A stretch of DNA of 64,000 nt, from positions 54,686,001 through 54,750,000 of the forward strand of contig OZ076409.1 in the NCBI GenBank assembly GCA_964187785.1, read 5' to 3'. The DNA is from Amphiscolops sp. MND2022 (Eukaryota). The position numbers and the translations under genes were made by a program. Under the pieces are notes generated by a model, which saw only the letters and a program-made list of their open reading frames with translations, ran no database searches and was not told the DNA's origin. Each line of letters opens with the position of its first letter. Positions within the stretch are counted from its first letter, which is position 1. Below, one piece after another: positions 52,001 to 64,000 of the stretch.

Positions 52001-53685
52001 ACCCGAATATTCTACCTTCTGATGAAATAAAATTTAATTAACATCATAACATGAGCGAAAAAGTAAAAAATCCTACATCATGGTTGCAAGATGTAGATGG
52101 TAGGATACAAGATCTCATGCAGCAATTTGTCAAAATTATGTACACAGTTAACTTGACTGTCTACGAACGATGATACAGACAATTTTGAACTTTTTTCTCT
52201 CAAGTCTATGTTTTCAGTGCATAACGACACTCTTTCTCGGTCAAAGTTTTCAACGAGAGGTGCCGTGAATACCACGTCACGAGAACGTCATTTGAATCCA
52301 GAAAAAAAGGAACCAGTTGAATCTGTGGAATTATTGCTTTTAGCTTGTGAAAATTTACTTAAGAATAATCAATGGTTTGATTCAGTCCTTTTCACAATTG
52401 GTCACTTTTATTTACTCCAATGGGTTGCATTTGAAGAGGCGCTAGAATTGGTCAAAAATCTTTTCTGTCAATCATTTCAAATTAATTTACTACTATCTTC
52501 AGCAGAGTAAATAAAACGACATGCAAATTTGATTGACATAAAAATTTCTCATTTGAAGTAAAAGGAAGTCTTCGAAATTCAACCGTTCGTACCTCACTTC
52601 CGAATTTTTTTTGCTTTCAAAGCTTTTGAACTTTATTTGAACGAAATTTCATCAAAAAGTCAAGCCTTCAGCCCGGGAAAATCTGAAATCCGGGATGAAA
52701 CAAACAATGATCTTTGTGAGAGAATCTTTTTTTATCTTAATGAAAGACTTTAAGTGCTTTATTGTTTTACCTTTTTCATATACAAGATATTTCTATTGCA
52801 CGAATTGTCTGGAATAGACTAAAATAAGCTTTCTGCACTTTCTGAGCTAAAGTTTCTGGCTTCAAAAGTAGAAATTTTCTGTAACCGCGGTTTTTTTCAA
52901 AACCAAATAAAGCAAGATTTCATTCCAAAATAGTTGTTAATAGTTAAAAATCATCAGTTTAATCCCGATTACAATGCATAATAGATGAAAAAATCTTTGA
53001 AAGTCTATGGATGTAAGACATTTCTTGGAAGGTCATTCAATGTCAATGAATAGCTTTGAAGGTCCCTCGACAGATAATGCATTATCTTCAAAAGTCCTTA
53101 AAGAAAATTCGTCAAAAAATCTTTGAAAGATTACTTACATATATGACTATATAGTAATTTTTGACAACTCGAAAGTGAATGATAAATACCAAAAGTCCGA
53201 ACATTGGACTTTTATATCGAAAACTTAGGTTTGACACTTTTCTCTGTAAACTAGTAGTCCTGAAATAACCAGGAATGATTTTTTTGTCGAACCGTACAGT
53301 GCCTCACATAATTGCAACAATTAATACCTGAATGTAACATAGAATTTGCCCAAATATATGTCAGTTGCACAGTAGAAGGTTTTAACAGCGTTATGTGGTC
53401 TGACGAGACAAAAAAAATCGAATGGGTTCTGATTTAATGAATGGACTTGGCGGATGCCAAATATTATTTCGGGCATGCCAAGCCAAATTTGAGCGCTACT
53501 GAAAGCCAAGAGTCGCTTTAGCAAATACTGAACCTTATTATTATGACTTTGGCTGTGGTAAATCATAATCACTTCTTTGTTGTTTTAATTGACTATAATT
53601 TATAGTCAAGATAATGTAACAATTAAATTTGTTGTATTTAGGCCTTGTTTTTAGGTCCTTTTAGTCCTGAATTGACAGTTTTCAT

Positions 53686-55915
53686 AACAAGACGCCCGCT
53701 GACCAGCAGGATATTTTCCGTCCAAACTGTTCAAGCAATGACATATTTTTGAGACTCAGGAGTAGCCATTACACTATGAAAACGCTTAGAGGTTTGATGG
53801 AAAAAGGTTTGACACTTTTTAAATAAAGTTATGCCATTTCAGAAGGAAACACTTTAAGAAGACACCAAACACCTATTTGTTTTTTGTCGGATTGTGTGTA
53901 ACCTAACCAATCAAACTTTCTGTAAATTTGCGTGAAAGTCCCAAAAATGTCAAAAATAGTAGATTTTTGCTTTTCGACAACTTTGCGGTCATTTGGGGAA
54001 CTTTTATAAGAAACTGTAGATGTCTTCTCAAAAACGCTTTTTGGATAACGAGTCCACTCATTCTTGAATTACAAAACTGCTCGAAACGTTTACATAACAG
54101 TATATCAACATTCCAAAAACAAAAGAAAACGGATTTTCGCTAAAGTTCAAATCATTCTGACGAACTTTTTGCATACATAATTGTAGATTTCTTTTTTGGA
54201 CTTTCTACATGCCTACTCAAAAAATTTAGACCTTTAGAATTTTACGAAATTATGGAAACGTTCAATAGAAATTCACTATTTTGTCAAACAACTGCTAAAA
54301 CTTTTTTCGACTATGTTGGGGTCATTTTGAGGCTCTTTTCTAACGTGAAACTGCAATTCACCTGCAGTGTGAAGCAGTGATTTTCTCATCAGAAACCAAA
54401 CTACATACCTGATTCTATCACCTCGGAATGTTTCGAACCATTTAACTTACCAATATTCTCAAAAATGATACTCAAATAACATGAAGAACCTACATAAAGT
54501 GGAATTTTTAGGAATTTTCGACAATTTTTGTGTCAAATTAAAGCTTAATTGTTTATCAGAAACTGGCACATATCCCATCAAAATGCCTACAGGAGAACGC
54601 CTTCAGTTGATGTTGAACCGTTTCAGAGTTTTGATCCATGAAAAGTTTGAAGGTTTTACAAAAGTTGCGTTGGAAAATACAAAATTGTAAAAAAAGTAAT
54701 ATTTGTTGACTATTTCGTGGTCCTTGTTGCAATTTTTTTACAATACTGCATTTATCTCCGCAAACAACCCTATTGGTTCGCTGTTGATCGTATTCAACGT
54801 TTTATTCCACGAAATCTGTAGAAATTTGACAAAAGTTGCATAATTGGTTGAAAAATTGGTACCTTTTGAAGTTTCCGTCATTTTTGGTCGCAAATTGAGC
54901 GTTTTTTTCAGTAGAAAACGTTTTCTACTTCTTACAAGCCACTCTGACAACGAATTTGTTCCTTGTTGAACGTCTTTGGTTTTCTAGGCTACCAAGTTTT
55001 TCGAAAAGTACACAAAAACTGCATAACATTTTCAAAAACCTGAATTTTTTGGTATTTTTGTCAATTTCGGTCTGAATTTATTGCATTTTTCCAGCACAAA
55101 TTGCTTTTACCTCTTCAAAGAAGACTCCCGGACAACGATGTTTTCCTTGTGAACGTCTTTGACATTCTAAGCCACCAAGTCTATGCAAAAAAAGACAAAA
55201 ATTGCATAAAATTTTCAAAAATCTGAATTTTCAAGTATTTATGTCAATTTCGGTCTAAATTTGATGCATATTTTCTAGCAGAAATTGCTTTTATATCTTC
55301 AAAGAAGCCTGTCGGGCAACGAATTTTTTCTTTTTTGAACGTCTTTTTGACATTCTAAGCCACCAAGTCATTCGAAAAATAGACAAAAACTGCATGAAAT
55401 TTTCAAAAATCTAAAGTTTCTGGGATTTTTGTCAATTTCGGTTTGAATTTGAGGCATTTTTACAAATCAAATTGCATCTATAACTTCGACGACGCCTCTT
55501 GGACAACCAAATTTTTCCTTGTTGACTGTTTAACTTTCTAAGCTAGCAAGTGTATCAAAAATTTGACAAAAAGTGAATAAAAACCGTAATAATCCGAATT
55601 TTTTTGGAAATTTTTTCCATTTCGATCGCAATTTGAGGCATTTTCTCTCTATAAAATTGCAGTTATTTCTTTGAAAAAGCCTCTTGGATAACAAAATTTT
55701 TCTCTTTTAACATTCAAAACCACGAAATCTGTCCAAAATCTGACAAAATTTGCAAAAAAACGGTAAAAATTGGAAAATTTCGATTTGAGTACTTACCAAA
55801 AAGCCGCTTTCTGTCTGTCACTATCAAATAACCCATCTACAATTGTTCGAATGCTACTGATATGTTCAATCTGTTTGTCTATATGTTAGCTAGTGTTGTG
55901 GAAAAGCATGCACCC
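53686..55915 (-). mobile_element. HINE-like element carrying a ~185-bp minisatellite array
   Basis: End aacaagacgcccgct...ggatattttcc is shared with 33133-33171 (opposite strand); gtggaaaa and ctgtctgtc lie near the other end. Confidence 0.45.
54760..55780. repeat. About 5 diverged tandem copies of a ~185-bp unit
   Basis: Recurring accaagt...aaaactgcat...tttttgtcaatttcggt at ~54991, 55174, 55363 and 55545. Confidence 0.85.
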
Positions 55916-56219
55916 GTCAAAAAATATTTCTCCGAAAAAGGACCCCTAAACTTTTCAAAGAATCCTGGTATGACAGCGAGTGCAAAACCTTAACCCAGAC
56001 ACGCCAAGCAGCTTACTACGAATACTGTAATAATACCTCTGCTCTAACCTGGTCTACGTACTCAAAACTTGGAAATCAACTTTCTAAGGTACTAAAAGAA
56101 AAGCAAGAGAAATTTGCCTGGAGCTAATTTTCCTCTCTGTGCACCGCTAAGGAGAGATGGAATTTCCTAAATTCCGCCCGAGGGCAAAATGAAAAGTCGG
56201 TCAATCTTGCAGCTGTGAG

Positions 56220-57990
56220 AAATTCATTCGGTAAAATGATAGTTGATGACAAGGAATTGGCCGATCATTTCAACCTGATATTTTCGAACCTTGGTTAATA
56301 TTTTGGTAAAATCAATGATGAAGTTCCATCCTTTCTTCCCGGTTATTCTTCGTTCTCTTTTAGTCCAATCACAGTGAAAGATTGTTACGATATCATCAAC
56401 GAGTTCAAACCGAACAAACCTACCGGTCCTTGTAAGGTGCCCGCTTGGGCTATAATTGATGGAAAGCAAATTTTGACTTCTCACTTAACATTCATATTGA
56501 ATGAGTGCATTAATGAAAGTGTCTTTCCCACGATGTTAAAGAGAGCGACTATAACCCCCATCTTCAAAAAAGATGACAGTCTAGATCCCAAAAATTATCG
56601 TTCCATTTCGAATACAACAACGTTCTCCAAAATCCTCGAAAAATGTATTCATAGGCAAATTACAGCTTACATTGAAGAAAAAAATCTCCTCGCTCCACTC
56701 CAATTTAGTTTTAGGAAAAAAATATCAGTAGAAGATGATGCTTTGTTTTTCACCGGATCGATTCAACAGGAAATTCAGGATGGAAAAATAGTTCATGCAG
56801 TCTTGCTGGATTTATCAAAAGCTTTTGACTGACTTTCACTTGAAATCCTTTTGTCTAAGCTCAAGTCTCTTGGTTTCTCATCTTCGGCCATCAACTTTAT
56901 AAAAAGTTTCCTTAGTGATAGACTGCGCAGGTTTCATTGAACGGTGTCAAATCGGGTTGGATAGAACTGAAACAAGGCGTTCCCCAGGGCACTATTTTAG
57001 GACCACTGCTCTTCAACCTATATGTCAATGACCTGACTGGACAGATAACGGAAGATGCTCGCATTATCCAGTACGCCGATGATTGATTGCTTTTTTGTAG
57101 TCACCAGGACCCTGACAATGCTTTGCAATGTTTGCAAACAAATATTTTAAAACTTGAAAGTTACTTTAAGTCCCATCGACTAAATTTGAATGGCAGTAAA
57201 ACAGAATTAATAACTTTTTCTCGAAAAAATGATCAGAGACAGCTAGACTCCGAAACAGTTGTCGTGTGCTCCTCAGTTGTCAAAAAGAAATGTGAATGTA
57301 AATACCTTGGAATAACGTTAGATCAACACTTGACTTTCCAAACCCAAGTAAAAAAGGTTCTGAAAAACATGGCAGTTGGAATAAAAACTATTGAATCCCA
57401 TACAAGACAAAATTCCGACCACAGTCTTAGTCATGCTTTTCCACGCGCTAATAATCAATCATTTCGAATACTCTGCGATTTTTTTTCACTCAAATATCCC
57501 CTCCTTTACTACTTTCCATTGAGAAACAGATGAACTGGCCATTGAAATCTGTCTACTCGTTCGAGCTTTAAATCGTCGAGTGATCTGAGAGAAAAAAAGA
57601 AAATAATTGCAATAAAGCAGTTTATCGAGTTGAAATCTCTAGTATTTCTGTTCCAATATCTCACAAATACTAAAAAAGCCTTCCAGAGCACTTTAAAATT
57701 ACCTACGGCGATTTTTAGGTGGAACAATCGCACTAATCAGATAATATACATGGGAAGTCATGTATCTCTCTTCAGTTGTTTCTTTCATCATTCTCCTTCG
57801 AAGTGGAACTCACTACCGTTGTACTTGAGAGACACTAGTATAAGTCTACACACATTCAAAAGTCGTCTCAGAAGGCATCTAACTTTGGAAAGTAGTCGTA
57901 TGCCTATCCATACATCTAATACTTGGCGTGATTTGCGCTTCACCTGATTTATCGCCCTGTAAAACTTGAAAAAAGCATTTATGCTTCATC
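56220..57990 (+). mobile_element. 5'-truncated non-LTR retrotransposon (CR1/L2/Jockey group) RT pseudogene
   Basis: KPTGP...ATITPIFKK...KNYRSIS, LLDLSKAFD, GVPQGTILGPLLF, QYADD (~57070), KYLGITLD; interrupted by stops and frameshifts. Confidence 0.95.
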
Positions 57991-59125
57991 ATAAATCAAT
58001 CTACACTTATTGTATACTGGCACCAGCTATCCCTATACAATAATACAGTGTTTTTTTTCTCTCTCTCAATATGGACAGAAAATGATAAAGAGCAGGACAA
58101 CCTTACTTGAGTGCAAAAAGTATGGGGTCCATGGTTAATGTGTTTATTTTATTATGGAAAGTTTTTTGAAAATTTATTGAAAGGCTTGGAAATTTATTGT
58201 TACCATTCTGTTAGGCACTGTAGCTGATAAAAGAATTGATATGACAAAGTCACGCCACCTTTTACTGTTCGTTTTTGATAAAAAGTGATTTGAAAATCAT
58301 TCAATTTGAAGTTACAGAAGGTTAAAGATCTTGCAAGACATCACTGATTCTTACAAGTAACTTGCAAGATGGACATTCTATACCTTCAACAGAACATTCT
58401 CGCAAAGCGAGAGAAGCTGCGCAAATGGACAACCTCTTTCGATGAAGAAAAAACTCTTTTTTTTTAAATATGACAAAAGTCCTCGTTTCTACGACCCCCT
58501 CGGTTCTTCCCATTACATTCAGAGTCGTCGTCGTGTACACTTCTCTGTTCCTCGTTCCTCCACATACATATTCGATTATTCGAATACCCGTCCTTTCGAA
58601 GTTTATAATTTCATGGTGAATGCTCGGGTAGTATCGTGTCTCGTGACACTTGGTATCCTTTTTGTTTGAGCAGTAGTGAAGCAACATAGGCTCTAGTCAA
58701 AGCTACTTTTCTACAATTAAGCACTGGAAGAGACGAATCCAGTTCAAAAGGTTCATGCTTTCAGAGGTTTTTTCAAAGATTCATGCTCAGGAACGAGAGA
58801 TGATATAGTTGACTTGATAGGATTTCGAATTTTACACCCTCATATTTTAAATCCCAGTTTTCAACTACTTCCGTGAAAGATACTCCGTAAAGACTTGCTG
58901 TACTCAGAGAACAGTTGATTTTTTTAGAATATTCAGAAGTTCAACAAAACCACTCAATTTATCGAAGAGTTTCTGAACAGGAAGACCTCCAGAACAAAAC
59001 AAAGTAAGTTGCAAATTTGTTCCAGCTATTGCCAGCGAATTTCATTTGCTAGAGAAATTTTCTAGATGGCCCGACTTGTTTGCGTCTTAAACCCTCATTG
59101 AATTTCGAAGGACAGTGTTAATTTC

Positions 59126-59500
59126 GGTTCTAGGAAATTACGCCCAAGGAAATTACGCGCAAGGAAATTACGCCCAAGGAAATTACGCCCAAACGGAAAA
59201 TACGCCCATTGAAACTAAGCTATTCAAAGCGAATAACAGCGTTTATTTTCAGGTTATTATTTAAAGAGGTTAGCATGTTTGTTGTATTGCTCGGTCGCTT
59301 CGCTCCCTTCGCCAAGTAGCAACATTGAGGCATGGCCATATGGCACGTCGCTTCGCTCCTGCATTTAGAGCACTAGAAGTGTGTGAGCATAGCTGATTAC
59401 ATTATCGTAATTTCCTTGCGCGTAATTTACGTTTGGACGTAATTTCCGTTTGGGCGTAATTTGCTTGGCGTAATTTCCTTGGGCGTAATTTCCGGACACC
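59126..59500. mobile_element. 375-bp MITE with tandem-repeat TIRs and 8-bp TSD
   Basis: TSD TTAATTTC at 59118-59125 and 59501-59508; termini GG...CC; about 5 copies of the 15-mer GGAAATTACGCCCAA on the left and inverted copies on the right. Confidence 0.88.
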
Positions 59501-61505
59501 TTAATTTCGGTTCCTATCCCCACACTTGCTCGGCGTGGTATGACAATTAGTGTCAATTGTTCAAGCCTTTAGCCAGGAATCGCCCTTTTGATAGTAAATG
59601 TGAATAGGAACTAGCAGTGATGATCATTAGGTGCTGTTCAAGCTTGCAAGAAGCTTGCAAGAATCTTGAATGCTCCGTTTTTGGAAGAATTTTGCAATTT
59701 TAATTCTTTGCTTCCAAAAAAACTTGCAAGACAATTTGAAAGAATAATTCATTGTCTTGCAAGATTTTTTTCAAAAATTTGATTTTTCAACCTAGAGATG
59801 GTTTTGAATTAATGCATGAGAAGCTAAAATCTCAGTATTAGGAAGAGATAAAACTCGAAAAGTTCACTAATGTTAGCGGTAGTATTAAATATGGAGAATC
59901 TCAAAACCATATTTCAACTCAACAAAATCGGCGTCAATTCTAAATACAGAGACAGTCAATAATGAAGAGAAATGATTTGTCGCTCTTAAAGCGGCGGCGT
60001 TTGAATGAACGTTCTTTGAGTTTCAATGAAATTCTTCATTTGGATGATTTTCACTGGCGAAAAACTGCTGAGGCCCCTTTTGTTTAATGAATTTGTTTAA
60101 TTAAGGTCTCTGAAATAATCTTCAAGGTTGAATCCCATTTAGTCATTCAAATACAAAATTCAAAACACCTGATCTAAGTCATCAAATGTTGGCGGCAATT
60201 TTCACTGACGAGTGTTTAGCTCCTATGGTATCAATGCAGAATGGTAACTTGGAATTACCATTGACGTCACATCCAATTAAAGAACTGAGGTCAAAACGAC
60301 GAAAAAGATCAGCACATATATCTACTTAGCTACCAAATATATTATTTGGTATACTCATAAAGATAATAGATTCCATCATATCAGTTTGAAATTTATTGTT
60401 TTTAAATTTCTGACGCTACTGAAAAAAACTAATGTTCACACCTGTCTTGATTTTCGCAAGTCGACGATGGAAAAATCAAAAACAAGCAGAAAAAGTTTCT
60501 GTCGAGAACATAATCGGAGCTACAATATTCCTACAACGGCCCACCGCTGGCCATCCAATGGGCATTGCAACCGTCTGCAGACAAGCCCACTGGTGTGTTC
60601 CGGCTGTCCATCGACTGTCCATTTTTCGGTAATTTTTGTCCACAAAATGGGCCTTGTATTCAATCCTCAATTTTATTTCCACAGGCTACAAACAAATACG
60701 GCAAAACAAAAAAAAACGTCATTCACCCCACAGGGAGTGATCGAAAAAAGTGTCATGACAATGCATGGGCACTGGTCGGTGAGTAGAGTTGGTTACCATC
60801 GAAAGCATGCTCTGGGCTGTCAACTTGGGTCCCAAAAGTTTGTATCAAACCAGTTCTACGATATCACGATAGCTCTTCAGATGATGTGTATATCAAAAAC
60901 TCAGAGTCGCTAAATGACACAAATCCACAAGTTCCATTCTTTCATCACAGATGGGATAAAAAAAATGGGACATATGTTTCGTGATAAATTTTGGAACGCG
61001 TATGAGTTTGCAAATTTGTCAAAAACTGTCCGTTTCCTAAAATGACGCAGTAAAGAGTTTCTCTGACTTTACACTAGTTTACATTCCACAATTTTTGAAA
61101 GACCATTAAGAGACAAGTTTGTGAATAACAATTCATTTACGTAACATTTCAGAAAATTGGTTTCAGAGCCTAAGTTAGAATGAGGAAATTAGTCTTTTTT
61201 CGAGATGCCCAACATTAACGTTCATGTTTTTTGTAGTGATAACGCCTTTTATGGTTTGCATGTAAAAACGAATATCAAAACGCCCAAACAGTTCTATACG
61301 CAATCTTAATACATGTACCGATTTTCGCACAGTAGAAAATGTCATTTTCTCCAAATGTGTAAACACTCAACATTTGACAGTGCAATCAGTCGACAAAAAT
61401 CACTTGGAAGATCAATCAAACACAAGTGATGTCTTTCTGGAGTACACAAAAAAATCAGAAACTTAAATTGAGAATTTAATCTTAATCTCACTGCATTAAG
61501 ACGTG

Positions 61506-61647
61506 TTTTTTAGTCAGCGCCATTTCCTTTGAAGGAAAAAGTGACTATTACAGTGACTAGTTTTTTCGTCAGACAACAGAATGTGTTTTTCAGAATTTCT
61601 AAACTACTGGATCGGCAACCCGAAACGCATCTAAGTTAGTGCAAAGG
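61506..61647 (+). mobile_element. 5' part of a HINE-like element interrupted by an LTR
   Basis: tttttagtcagcg...gact.ttacagtg.ctagttttt matches the reverse complement of 45880-45937; 61620-61647 matches the reverse complement of ~23668-23695. Confidence 0.65.
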
Positions 61648-63959
61648 TGTTACGACTTACATCCGGGTCGTTTTGTGTTGAGCTTATTCTAACTGATCTA
61701 GTAGGGGTGTAGAAATTTCTAGTTTCGTTTTCTAACCCATCTTCGACATTCTCTCTAATGTACTCCCTTGTTTCAGGTCTCAGAAGTTTCATCACTTCCC
61801 TTTGGGATTCAATTAAGAGATTCTTAATCTCGGAAGTAATCTCCTCCTTCAGAGATGCTCTCAAACTTTCTAGGAGACTATTTTCAATTCTGGGGGATTT
61901 TGGTTTCGAAGGCCCCGCGGTACTAGCGTCCTGTTCCGAAAAACAATGATTTCCTACTACTACTGTCGAAACAAAACCATCACTTACATTTTCACTATTT
62001 TCCTGTTGGGTATTCTTTCTCTTCTGACTTCGGGTTGTAGACATTTCGATGAAGAAAAGATTTTTGAATGAGTTGAATTTCTTTTCAAAGTTTCAACGGA
62101 GTTGAATTAGGATAGAGTTGAGACAAGCAAGTTTAAGCAATTGATTATCGCAAAAGGCAAAAGACTGAGTCCCTTAATCATCAAATTTCACTGTATTTAT
62201 ACCCTCCCAGCATCATTTGATCACGGCTATAATCCCTAATTTTCCTCGAACAATTAGTCATTTCCTGTATTTTCGATGAAAAAATCGCGAAGTTCCCAAA
62301 TTTGCGTCAACATTTCGTCAATTTTTAAGACACGACAATTTCAAGCTAGCATTAGTCATCAAACATGATCATATCATTTCATCCCGGCGTCCTTTTGCTT
62401 CCTCCCAACCAGGAAGTAGATATTACTTCAGTCTGTCAAACCGGAAATGTTTCCCTGTTTTCCTGCTTTGGTTCGCGGGAAATTGACGCTGAGATGACGC
62501 TGACGTGAACAACAAATACCTGATTTTGAATTTCAGCATGAACGAAAATATGACTAACTCTCAAATTATGGTTACTTAAACGATGCTAGGAACGATATTT
62601 TTATGAATTTGGACTCTTTCTTTTCGTTAGGGACGAAATTAAGATCACTGTACCAAATATATTCATCATCAACAAACTTGACATGTCGCGACAAGTACGA
62701 CAAGCTCTACAAAATTAACAACAACATTTGTTAAGTAGCAACGGCAACGCAACGCATTTAATGAACAGCAACGATGAATTAATATGGAAAATATAATCAC
62801 TATCATGTGAGTACAAAATTGTGAAGTATATGATAATACACTTCCAGTACAAAATATACTTTAGTTGAAAGTATAAACTGTGATTTTCTGATTATTTTAC
62901 TATGAATTCCCATAGTGGAAAAATGGCTTATGTAAGGGAAATTCCATGTTGTTGAAAAAATGCAAGACTATTAGTTAACGTGGATTTGAACTATCCTATA
63001 TGTGTCAAATCTACTTTAAGTTGGAACCTTAAGTTATAAGAATACCGCCTCTTTATTTATTTTACGAACTGAAATAGCCTGCATTCGTTTTCTTTTAGCA
63101 TAATAACAACCTTAGTGCGATGAAACCTTAACTGATCTTGTAAATTCATCTATTTTGTTCAATCTCATAAACTTGTCAAAGTCATGTTGACGAGTTTTCT
63201 TGGCAGAATTTAAGCTTCATAAACTTGTCAACGTCATGTTGACGAGTATTTTAGAAATGAGTCTCTCGCTAGCTGCCGGAGCAGTGACGTCACAGTGGCG
63301 GTAAATTGGAATGATTTCTAGCAATGCTATTAGTATAGGCGGATAATTGGAATGATTTTCTGGTACGCTTATGCGAGGCAGTGACGTCAATTGGTATACC
63401 TTCAACTTGTCTGCTTCTTACTGACGACAAATATACATGTATTCTTATTTCTTTCGCCGCTTTGTTTACTCAGCGCAGTATTGACGTCCTAAACCACTTT
63501 AATTGCTGTTCAAAGAGTAATTAAGCTGCCTTTCTAAGAAAAGGCTTAGATCATTCGGTGTGCCATCTCAGTGTGTTTTCTATTTTAGATCTGATTGATG
63601 TTCTTTTGGGAGATGATTTTGACTACGTTTTCATTTAGATTAGACTATGATTTCCTTGTTTTTAAAACGTATTTTAATTTAGTTTTCAGGTGGCGAATGT
63701 TGCTATTTTGACGTGGCGAGTACGTCTTACCGGAAATGCGTGTAATCATTCTGGCTCATTTCATTCTCTGTTTTCATTTTCATTCAAAGTTTGCGCAACG
63801 TAGATGTATTTTTACATTTCTAGTCGCAGTTTATTTCAAAGTTAAAGTTTTAGAGTTACCAGTTAAAATAAGATTTTGGGAATCTCAGATTGCCTCCATG
63901 TCCTCTCCCGATCTTCAATCGTCGGCAACCACAAGCCAGACCGGGAGCGGGCTGTGACA
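61648..63959 (-). mobile_element. ~2.3 kb Gypsy-type LTR with internal ORF (62044 to the LTR end); probably the 3' LTR of an element continuing past the window
   Basis: TGTTACGAC...TGTGACA termini; ATG-initiated ORF MSTTRSQKRKN...DPDVSRN ends at the terminus; homologous to 24568-26780; no TSD, and the interrupted repeat does not resume on the right. Confidence 0.78.
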
Positions 63960-64000
63960 GGGCCGCTCTTGTGAGAAGATTGACGCTGCCCGGGGCTCTG

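Noticed and set aside
55797..55870. Candidate channel 5' exon (IEHISSIRTIVDGLFDSDRQKAAF) with AG/GT ends
   Set aside because: Appears to lie in the terminus of a repeat and lacks the YD..RP motif.
58322..58687. 121-aa minus-strand ORF
   Set aside because: No recognisable motif or splice support.
59133..59493. Short repeats resembling a CRISPR array
   Set aside because: No unique spacers, inverted arrangement, TSD present, eukaryotic context.
60386..60913. 175-aa plus-strand ORF
   Set aside because: Non-ATG start, no recognisable domain, and it crosses a probable repeat end near 60740.

Overview
AT-rich eukaryotic (metazoan) genomic DNA dominated by nested and mostly decayed transposable elements, with one 200-N assembly gap (20183-20382). 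The only host gene I can support is a minus-strand Cys-loop ligand-gated anion channel subunit. Five exons between 44939 and 27330 splice in frame through GT-AG sites into 409 codons plus a stop; its 5' exon(s) were not found. Mobile DNA includes two frameshifted Ty3/Gypsy pol regions (1-4130 +, ~39620-43640 -), a structurally complete 6.1 kb BEL/Pao-type LTR element without pol (10938-17028, 5-bp TSD), CR1/L2-like LINE remnants, Helentron/DINE-1-like non-autonomous elements, a MITE and two long palindromes. Three observations stand out. First, five LTR-like units of three families carry a gag-leader-like ORF inside the LTR, and in the four intact units it runs to the terminal CA. Second, a putative ~5.6 kb LTR carries divergent cargo ORFs, one of them hAT/BED-finger-like. 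Third, a symmetric double hairpin at 31504-31701 looks like a DNA-transposon excision footprint. The repeats resemble those I associate with acoel flatworm genomes, but that is unverified recall. All alignments and counts were done by eye.
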